From Blastocladiella emersonii ATCC 22665 (taxonomy: Eukaryota > Fungi > Blastocladiomycota), in assembly GCA_025594325.1 (NCBI GenBank), contig JANHCV010000014.1, forward strand, positions 1,116,001-1,180,000: 64,000 nt of DNA, read 5' to 3'. A model generated the notes under the pieces. It did not search any database and was not told where the DNA came from. It was given only the letters and a program-made list of their open reading frames with translations. Shown here one piece after another: positions 23,268 to 33,102 of this stretch (position 1 is its first letter; each line of letters begins with the position of its first letter). A program made the translations under genes and the position numbers.

Positions 23268-26200
23268 ATGAATTCACTTGATGCATCGCGTTTCTATCAA
23301 TCACGGCGGCGATATGCGACCGCCGTCGCGGCAGCCGCTCTCTTCGCGCTCTTCCTCGTGGGAACGACCCCGTCGGCCAGCGCGTCGATCGCCCCATGCC
23401 GCACGGGCACTACTTCCGCTTCCACGTTGGCTTCGGCGAGCGGTTGGGCCGTCAATCTGCCGACGTGTCCGTCATGCCCCGCAGGAGCGGCGGTCACCCC
23501 TGAAGGATGTCAGTGCCAAGCCGGCTCAATCCTTCGCTCTGGCTCGTGTGCCTCGTGTGGAGCAAACCAGATGGCTGTGACCGCAACAAACGAGTGCATT
23601 GCTTGTCCTGCTGGATCGACCTACAACGTGACGTCGGCCGCGTGCACCTGTCCCGCCTCACAGTACCTCTGTAGGTACCGTTCACAGTTGCGCCTCCCTC
23701 GTAGCTGTGAGTTGAACTAACAACCTCCGAACAGCACTCTCGCTCTCATCTGCGAATGGATCTACTACGGCCGAATGCAGGCCATGCCCATCCAACAGCT
23801 ATCCCTCCGTGACCCAGCTTGCATGCGTCGCCTGCCCCGATCCTCTCATGACCGCTGCGCCCTCGACAAACGGGCATTCGTGCACCTGCCCTACGGGTTA
23901 CATTGCGAGCGACGGGGGCGATGCACCTGTTTGCATGCCCTCAACATTTGTCGCGTCCATGGAGTCGGCCTACGCCAACTTCAATCTGCTGCCCGTCAAC
24001 GTCACGACGAACGCCGGGGGCATTGTCGCGCAGTCGTCGGCATCGAGCTACCTCAAATCACAGTTCTTGCCAGCGCTCTACCAGTGCGCCACCACCCCAT
24101 CTACCTCGACGACCACGGCCACGATATCGCCTGCTGCATGCCAACGACTTGCAAACTTGTGCGCTCTCGTGTACGGCGACCCGCGTCACCCCATTTGTGC
24201 CGCGTACTCGGCCAATAGCGCGCCAACCGTGCCGAGTGCCATGTTGCCCGTGTCCGAGGACGATGCCATGACGCTCTCATCGTCGGCAAGCACTCTCAAC
24301 GTAACCGTAGTACGGTACTCGGCGACGACCGGACTCGTGGAGCAAGCCGAGGACTGGGCCTCCTGGATCCAACGGCTTTGCAGCCCTTCGACACTGCCCA
24401 ACTCTGTCTCGAGCACTCCAAGTTTGGGCGATTCCAACGTCACAATTCCCGCTCTTGGTCGCGGCACCTCGCTGACCTGTGTCATCGATCCGGCAGCGTG
24501 GCGCGACGCGACCTTCGAAGTTTACATTGCGGATGCTGCACCCCGGTGGTCGCCTATCCCCGTCATCGTGGCCCGGGGCCAGCGTGTCCGCCGATTCTTT
24601 GTCTACGACGACCGCGTGCTGGGCCGCTCCTCTGGGAACGGCGGTGTCCGCTGGCTCACTTCTGCGACGCTGACCACGGCCATGGCCGGATCCGACACCC
24701 AATATCCCATTCTCAAGCTGACACACGCCGAGTCGCTGACCCCGCTTGCCGTCTCGCCGCCAACGGCCACAGTCACGGTGCGCTTCATCATGTCGACGGC
24801 GCGGTTCTGGTCAGCCGTCGGTATCGTGGCACCCATCACAGCTTGCGTCATTGTTGCGACATGGCTTGCGGGGGCAACGGCACGCGCTCAGCGCAACCGG
24901 CGCCAAGATCTTGTGACGGACGCGTGGTCGCTGGTCCTCCTCGTCGACGCGCTCGCCGCAGTCGTGGCGCCCGTCGTTACTGCGGCAGCGCTGTGCGTGG
25001 CCATTTACGTTTATGTCTTTTACACGTTCCAGGCGACGCGGCGGTTCATGTGGCTGCCCGGATCGGCCGACGAGGGCGCGTTCTTCGGCGCGCTCGTGGC
25101 GGCCGCCGTCGTGCAGACCTTCCACGTCGCCGTCACCACGCTCCGACAGTGTCAAACGCGTGTCTACGTCGTCGACTGGGAGAAGCCACGGATCAGCGCC
25201 GACGGCATGAACGCGGGTGCTCTTGCGGTCCCAGGCACGGTAAGCGCTTGGCGAAGCGTTCACGTCGCCCGCAAGCTGGTCGAGGTCGCCACTTACCGCC
25301 GCATTCATCTCGGACTCACGGCCCTGGCGGTCGCCGTCCTCGTCCCTGCGGATCCCAACTGGTTTGTCGCCGTCGCGCAGCAGTCGCTCGCGTTTCTTGG
25401 GCTTGCCGCGGCGCAGTTCCTCGTGGTCACTCTCGCAATTGAGCGGTTTGCAAGCAACCCGCCCATGGACTTTGTCGACCTGCTGACCGTCGCCAACCTG
25501 TCGCTCATTCTGCTCGACGGCGACGACCCGCGCGGCTTCTACCTCCACGGCCGATCCGTGTTTCCCGAGGCCGACACGGACATGGCGTCGCTCGTGGGCA
25601 ACCTCAGGCGCGAGGCATCGGACGTCGTCGGCCGCCGCGGGCTGACGGCAGGCGGCGACGTTGTGTTCGAAGTGATTGCCTCACCGAGTCTACACCGTGC
25701 GATTGACGCCATCGAGCATGTCTCTGGGTCAGGCGATGATGCTGCTGAACCGCTTCTATCATCGACACGCGGTACCGTTGCTCCTCGCCGCCCGTCGTCG
25801 TGGGGTCAAGGTGGTGGTGGGGCGACCAAGTGGATTACGGCGCCGTTCACGGACCGGCTCGGGGTAGTGTCGACCGCACCCGTGTCGAGCCGCCGGCACA
25901 AGACGCTTAACGTATTCTTCACCCGTTTCCTCGACCAGGTACGTTACACCTTGATTCTCGTGACGCAAGCCGCCCGCTGACCTGGAGCACGAGTAGAACC
26001 TCAAGGAACAGCGGTACCGCGTCATCCAGCGGACGTGGTCCGACCGATGGCTCGGATCGTACCCGCAGACCGAGTCCAACGTCTCGCTCTTCTGCCGCGG
26101 TGCGTTCGGACGCGCCTCCCATCGCGAACCCCGCCTCACTCACTGGATGCGTGGGAACGCGTCTGTTTAGAGGATACCGCCGTCTTCCTAGAAACCATGT

Positions 26201-26433
26201 GGGCGGGCATGGAGCTGCGCGTCATGCTCCTCGTTCTGCTCACGTTCAACCTCGCGACCATGGCCGCGGCACCCTCATCCTCTTCGTCCAGCGCCGCGAC
26301 GACTGCGGGTTCCCGCATCGTGCCTGCCGTGGCCGCGTACCTGGTCCAGGCTGTTTTGAGATGGGCCCGCGGGCACTTTGGCCGGCGGGCGTTATCGCAC
26401 TTCACAGGCCTCGACCAGCGGCTCGTCGAGTGA
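23268..26433 (+). CDS. TMEM67: Meckelin (ciliary transition-zone protein), copy 1
   Basis: Signal peptide and Cys-rich ectodomain, then CQTRVYVVDWEKPR, VSAWRSVHVARKL, DFVDLLTVANLS, GFYLHGRSVFPEADTDM and C-terminal LSHFTGLDQRLVE, matching the meckelin consensus. Introns near 23673-23733 and ~25940-26000. Confidence 0.85.
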
Positions 26434-26648
26434 GAGTGGGCGAGCACGCGGAGACAGGGTGGGTGGTGGCGCAGCAGCGCTGGGAGATCACGTCACTTTG
26501 AGCGCGGGTGGCGCGAGGCGCGTCGCCCACGCGGCTTCGCCCTTCACTTCACAAGCTTCCTACTGACGGTCCTCTCTTCTCCCACGAATGAAACTCCATG
26601 CATTTGACACTGTAACTTGAATAAGACGTCCTCACACTGCAAACTATT

Positions 26649-27780
26649 ATGTGCCGCTGGATCTGCTTCAAGTCAAAGACGCCCGTCCTGCTCGCGGACC
26701 TCCTCACGCGTCCGCAGCACTCGATCATCAACCAGTCCTTTGACTGCCGCCTGCGCCTCGACGAGGTGCGCCCGCTCAACGGCGACGGCTTCGGCGTGGG
26801 CTGGTACGGCGGCTACGGCGACGCGGCCGCCGCGGGCAGCGAGGGCGAGGAGTCGTCGCACCCCGAACCGCCGTGTGTGTTCACGTCCACCCTCCCCGCA
26901 TGGAGCAACTTAAAGTGCGCTCTTTTCTCTTCAAAACTCGCTCGTTTCGTGCATAGCGCTGACATGTGCGTGTAGCCTGACGCGGATAAGCAACCACGTC
27001 CGCTCTGGCCTCGTCTTCTGCCACGTGCGCGCGGCCTCGGCCGGCTTCCAAATCTCGGAGACGAACTGCCACCCTTTTTCGTTTGGCAGCCTGTTGTTCC
27101 AGCACAACGGCTACATGGCCCACTTTGCCAAGATCAAACGCGCTTTGCAGGCGCGGATCCCCGACGACTTGTTCAACACGGTCCACGGGAACACGGACTC
27201 GGAGTGGGCGTTTGCGCTGTTCCTGTCGCTGCTGCGCGACCCGGCACGGGCGCGGTTCAGCCCGTACGAGCTCAAGGACGCGCTGCTCAAGACGATCGCC
27301 ACCATCAACGAGCTTTCGGTCGCCGCGGGCGTCGCCAGCACGCCGTCGCTGCTCAACTTTGCCGTGACCGACGGGCAGTCGATCCTGTGCACGCGCTACA
27401 CGAACACGTCGGCGCGCGAGGCCGCGTCGCTGTACTGGTCGAGCGGGTCCGAGTTTACGACTGACGCCGACGGCGACTACCACATGCGCAAGGCGGGCAA
27501 GCGCGAGGATATTGTCGTCATCTCGAGCGGTACGTTCATTGTTCCTCGACCGAGTCCCGCGGACTGCGCTGACTCGCTCTCCCACGCGCGAACAGAACCG
27601 CTCACCTTCAACCGCGCCGACTGGTGCAAGATTCCCGACAATACGCTACTCATGGTGACCCCGAAGACCAATGTCCTGCTCTTCCCGATTGAGGACGAAC
27701 ATTGGGACCCCACCGCCGAGCGCGCTCCCGAGGTGCCGTGGTGGACTGTCGCGGGTCGGATCCGGAGCGGGACGGAGTAG
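26649..27780 (+). CDS. DUG3: Class II glutamine amidotransferase (Dug3-type), copy 1
   Basis: N-terminal MCRW, LLADLLTRPQHSIINQSFDCRLRLD, NGDGFGVGWY, HVRAAS, ETNCHPF, GNTDSEWAFALF, SLLNFAVTDG. Introns ~26915-26975 and ~27530-27592. Confidence 0.93.
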
Positions 27781-28879
27781 CTCACGAGATGATCAAGAAT
27801 ATATGAGCAGTGCCATTGGTCTGCTGGACCCGACTGGATCTGCTCGATCGAGGTGGGCTTGGCGGTGGCCGCTGGTGCGAGGGACTGCAGCTGCTGCATT
27901 TTCTGCTGCTGACTCTGCTGAAGCACGGCTTCGAGGAGGGCGTTGAAAGGTTTGAGAGCGAGGCGCGGGTCCAACGCAAGCGCCGAGTCGACAATGTCGC
28001 AGTCCGCGGGATGCGGGACCCATGACCGAGGCGAGGGCGACGCATCCGAGCTGATCCCGGTGTGTAGCAGCGAGGTCGGCGAGCGGCTTGGGACCCCGCC
28101 ACCGTGGCGATCATGGCGGCAATCGACCAAGACCGGCTATCGTCGCCGTCGCCACGCGCGAACGAGCCAGAGTCTGGCGCGAACCCGTGGAAGACGTAAG
28201 CCCTTTTCGAATTTGTTGTTCGTCGCCTAATTTTATGGATTGAAATAGGAGAATATAATCCTAACTAGGATTCCACTATGATGAATCCCGCGAGGGAGTG
28301 GCGGTGATGAACAAAGTCTCGCGACGCGTCTCGCATCTCCCACGTGCCTGGTCACGCAATTTCGCGACGCGTCTTTCCTCTGCTCCTATCTGTCTCCCGT
28401 GGTCGTTTACAAAGCGCGATTTCGCGAAATCTGTAAGAAAAAGACAAAAGAATGAAGACACAAATCCCAAAAGAATAAGTGAGCGCTCACTGCGTCAAGG
28501 TGGAAGGAGGGTTCGCGAGGGCGGAGGGGTACCAGCCAGAGCTCGGAGATAATGACAAGATATGAATTGGACCGATTGTAGTCGATCTGTCCCCAGGGGA
28601 TCCCTCAGCCGTGTCGCGTTTGCACACCCGTCCTTGCCGCTCCGCTCGCGCTCACGCGAGGGTTAGAAACAAACTCAGGCAAAGAGCACCCCTGACCCGC
28701 TGTCTAGAGATTCTCAGTCTATGCTAATATAAAGAATAACCTGGTCTTAGGGCTCAGCCTGGCCTGACCTGGCCCGTCCTGCGCGCCTGTGCGAGTGGGG
28801 GATCCTGGGTTTTCTTGCCGCTACGCCGCCGGATCCATGTCGGACGAGCCGCACACCTCAGGTCCAAACAGCTTGAGTT

Positions 28880-29405
28880 ATCCATCTCATCGTTGGAGCG
28901 CAAGCACCGCAATGCGCTCGTCGTCGAACCCGGCGTGGCCATCGGCACGCTGTCGATCGGCAAGCCGGGTACCCAAATGTCGCTGTAGACGTTATGCTCC
29001 ACTGAGGTCACGCCCATGAGTATGACGCTCGGCGTGCTGATCCTCAACGGGCTGATCAATGCAAACAAGGGCATCATCTTCATCCCGCCCGTGGTCATGG
29101 TCCAGCACTGGAACCCCGACCTCAAGCTCGCGGAGGGCGTCGTCAAGGGCCAGATCAAGACGTCGCACCTCAGCAACTTGACGTGTCTCTCCCATCGTGC
29201 GGACCAATCCTTTGATAGAGCCGCCGTAGCTGTGCCTCGAGCTCGACGTCGACGTTGAAGTCGAGGTCATCAAGAAGCTGCTGCGCTGGCTGTACGAGGT
29301 GATGGTCACCGGCACCCTGCTTGCGGTCGAGGCCGATCAGGTCACGGCCCTGCCACACGACAACTGCCTGTACGTGTACACGAGGCGATGGGGCAACAGA
29401 TACTG
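28880..29405 (+). pseudogene. Possible degraded BTB-like coding relic (mirror copy ~58450-58975, minus strand)
   Basis: Broken frames include ELDVDVEVEVIKKLLRWLYEVMVTG, which resembles the BTB 'D..F..LL.FLYTG' motif. No continuous frame. Confidence 0.3.
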
Positions 29406-30905
29406 AGGAGAGAGACACGTTGTAACAAGAACATATCGCTGTGACGGATTGGCGATTGTATACATCTGCAAAAACACTCTTAGTGCATCGCCGCGCCTCA
29501 TGGTGATCGAGCCGACGAACGACCGACGACAACGGCGAAGAGAAAATGCCCGAAGCGCCGCGTGGCCATGAAGATGGCGGCGTGGTGGCTTGGCCGGGTT
29601 TAGTACGACAAGATGTCGTCGCGCTGAACTGGCGGCACTCGTGGTGGAACTTGTCGAGCCTGCCACATGCCCAGCTTGCGGAACTCGGGGATCGAGGTAG
29701 AACAACACGCGCAGCGGGCAAGTACCTTGGAGTCGTTGCGGCCCGCGGCCACGGTCGGACCCGACTTGTACTGTACGACTCGGACTTGACGCCGCCGTGC
29801 ACGACGTGAAGAACCATGAGGACAGTTGGTCGGACGCATGGTTGTTGGTCAGCGAGTCGGACACGTGGGACATGGCCGCGGCCGTGGGCCAAGGACCACG
29901 GCCGAGGCGATCGTCCACACGTGCGGCTCGACCACGTTCCCGGTTACTTGCTTGGCTGCGATGAACGGGCACTGAATGAGGAGAGTTGAAATAATCTATA
30001 CAAACGGGAGCGCGTGGGCGCGTGTCAGCAATTCTGATCGTCGGCGACACGGCAGTCACGACGACGACGGCGCGCTTGCGCTCAGACCGCTCTCGCGACG
30101 CATCCTTATTGAGCCCGCCGAGCCGATTGAGTCGATTGGCCGCCTCAGCATGCCGAGCGTGAGCGAGAGCAAGAGGGCGACGGCGACGGAATCCCCAAGC
30201 AATGGAACATCGGGTGCTCGATCCAGGAGGCCGCTCGGTCCGCTACCGGCACACACGCCGTGCGCGCGTGCGCGCCGCAATCCAACACACGCGACGAGGA
30301 AACTTACATAACCGCTCAGCCAACCACTGCTATCGTAGCCTCGTATCCCTTCATCGAGGCCGCATCGAGAGCGTGTCGAGAGTGCGACGAGAGTTTCGAG
30401 AGCGTGTCGAGCGAGAGCAGCGCGTTGGGTCTCGGTCGAAGGGCGGTAGGCACGCGGTGGCGAGCGTGTTCGGTTTTCAGGTATGGCTCTGCATAGATTT
30501 GATGCTGTCGAGAAAAGAACTGCATTGCATAGAGTGGGGGTGTTGCGGTGCAGTGTGCGTGGACAGCGGTGCCGGGTGCTCGGGGAGTGAGGGCGGGGGC
30601 GGGAGCGGCCTCGAGCGGGAGGCTGTCCGCACACAGTACGCGCCTCGAAGCGCGTCGCGTTTCAGCCGCACGTGGCGCCGGAAGGGGGTCGCGCTGGGGT
30701 CGCGCGCCGGCGCGTCTCGGCCTCGACTTGTCCTTCCTCCCTCCCCTGCTGGTGCTCTCAATCGGTCCTGTCAAGTTCTGCGACTTGCCGCAATTCATGT
30801 ATCACGGCCGGACTGGTCCGACTTGACCTTCGGCGACCCCCAATGAAATGACCGGCGGCCGCGGCCGCGCCCGCCTTCCCGTCGCTCGCTCGTCCCCTGC
30901 CTCTC

Positions 30906-32883
30906 TTGTGTTGCCCGGACGAACTCAACTGTGATAATGCGGGCCAAAACCTGATCTCGAGCCCCGACCGCATCGGCACTGTGGCGGGAGCCGCCGTGCA
31001 CATCCCCTTCACCGCGGTCGTCGCCTACACGTGCCATACCACTTCGTCGTACCGCACTCCTTTGAGCTTCGCGACGTTTGTTCCGCGCGCAAAACTCGCC
31101 GCTGCGTACCTCGCCGATGCCAACGCAACGGTCCTTGCCAGCGGGCAGCGCGACAACCAGGTCCTCCCATTCGACACGCTTTAGTACAACTTTGGTCCGT
31201 CTTTGCTCCTGCCGCTGCCGAGATTTCCCACCAACCTCTCTCACCTCTCTCTTAGACCCGAGAACATGGACCACCGTCCCAGCGACTTTGCCCGGCCCGT
31301 TGGACCGCTACTCGCACGGCCTCGTCGCCTTCAACTCGACAATATACCTGTACGGCGGGATCGGCAACCAGGGTGCGACCACGGACCTGTGGCAACTCTC
31401 GTCGGGTTCGGATTCCGGTTCGCTGCAGTGGTCGCGCATCACGCCGCGGCCGGGACCTTCCGGCACCGTGGCCGTGACGCCGCCGCCCCTGTACTGGCCG
31501 ACGGTGGTCGCGGCCGACGATCTCGGCAAGATCATTGTCATTGGCGGGCTCACGCTGCAGTCGGGCTACTACTCTTACTCGCGGCTCATGTTCGAGTTTG
31601 ACACGCGTATGGCCTTTCGTCCTTCCAATGCTCTGTTTAATGATGCCGTACCCTCACACAATAAGCACGCTCGTGTGGTCTCAGCGCAACAGCAGCTCGC
31701 AACCGACCATCTCGACGTCGGCCGCGGTCGCCGCCTCGGCTGTCTCGCGGCCCGCGTCACGGATCATCCACGGCTTCACTGAGTACGCCGTGCAGAGCTA
31801 CCATGTCCCGACCGACACGTGGTTCTTTGATCCCATCGACAGCCTGACCTCGCCCCTCGACTCGGCCACCGTCATCGACCCGCGCCTGTACCGGTCCGCG
31901 ATGCTGTTTGGCAACAACTGCGCGGTGCTCTTCGGCGGGCAGATCAAGTCCGTGACGCCGTCCTCGACGGTCCGCACGTGCTACACGGACGTGCTGCACA
32001 TCGTAGACCTTGACTGCTGGGCCATGGTCCACGCGACGTCGCTACCCGGACGGCACCGCATGGGCCACGCCGCGGTACGGCGCGGCGACGTCGAGCTGGT
32101 GATCGCCGGCGGGTTCAACGGCGTGTCGCAGTCGGACGTGGCTCGCGCGCGCATCGCACTGCCGGCGGCCAACGCGACAGCACGGGCGGCGCGCTGCGCC
32201 CGGACGTGGTGCGCGCGGTCTAACGACTGCGCCGACTGCGGGGCCAAGCCCGGGTGCGGGTGGTGCGGCGACGCGTGCGTGTACGGGTGCTCGGCCGTCA
32301 CCTCGATAGCGTCGTGCCCAGCGCGCGTCCCGCTGACGCTCGGCGCGCCCAAGACGGGCCGGACCGCGGGTCTGGCGGTCATCGAGTTCGACGCCTTCAT
32401 CAACGCGCCCGACAACGTCCTGTTCATCCGGTACGACAGCGACGACGTGGGCAGCGGCGACCCGCCGTTCACGGGCACCATGCGTAACTTGTCGCTCAAC
32501 GCCACGTTCATCACGCAGTCGACGGCGACCGTGTCCCCAAGCACCCACCGACGCGCGCCGGTTCGGCGGGTGGCACGTCTTCCGACTCCAGTACTCGCTG
32601 CTAGTGTCGGCCGAGGGCTTCTCGTACTGCAACCCGATCGATTGCACTCACGCGGACGCGCAGACGGTGCCATAGAGTAGCGTCTCTCTACAATACGTCT
32701 CTCACGAGGTATTGCGTAGCTCCTCGGCGTCGGGATCATCTGCCTCATGGTGTCGGGCACGCTGGCGATGCGTCGTCTCGCGCGGCGACACCCGGCAAAC
32801 GCCAACGTCGGCGCGCTGCCCAAGTTCCGGCCGTCCATCGACCAAGTCGACGCCAAGGTGCTGACCGACTGCGCCGTGCCGTG
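30906..32883 (+). pseudogene. Attractin/MEGF8-like Kelch-PSI-TM gene, 5'-truncated and frameshifted (copy 1)
   Basis: Kelch repeats (RYSHGLVAFNSTIYLYGG, RMGHAAV...LVIAGGFNG), PSI motif CADCGAKPGCGWCGDAC and a TM segment. Apparent frameshift near 32540 and no clear start codon. Confidence 0.6.
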
Positions 32884-33102
32884 ACGATCGCGGAGGCGCC
32901 CAAGCCGGTGGCCACGTCCGCGAGCAGCGCGATGTCGTAGACGCGGTCGCTGCTCTAGAGCGAGATCAAGACGTTGGTGTCGCCTTCACTCGCGGACTGC
33001 GGCGGCTCGACCTGACCTCGCTATGACCAGCAGCTCTACTGTTTGTAAAGAGTGAATATATAGCCACCATTTCACACACCACGAACACCAGGCCGATGTC
33101 GG

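Larger units (their letters stand above)
23858..32961. repeat. Left arm of a large inverted segmental duplication (visible part)
   Basis: Reverse complement of 54888-64000. ORF translations pair almost one-to-one; base 64000 maps to 23858 and base 54888 to 32961. Confidence 0.95.

Noticed and set aside
28660-28755. Isolated TTAGGG/GGGTTAG words
   Set aside because: These are single units, not a telomeric array.
30056-30330. Short minus-strand hydrophobic frame with GSGPSGLL, reminiscent of Romo1/Mgr2
   Set aside because: The similarity is limited to a few residues and there is no supported start or splice structure.
32915-32965. Hairpin GAGCAGCG..CGCTGCTC followed by CTAG at the arm's inner end, resembling a Helitron 3' terminus
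   Set aside because: The stem abuts the CTAG rather than lying ~10 bp upstream. Arm homology continues past CTAG, no TC 5' end or Rep/helicase is visible, and 8-bp stems are common at this GC content.
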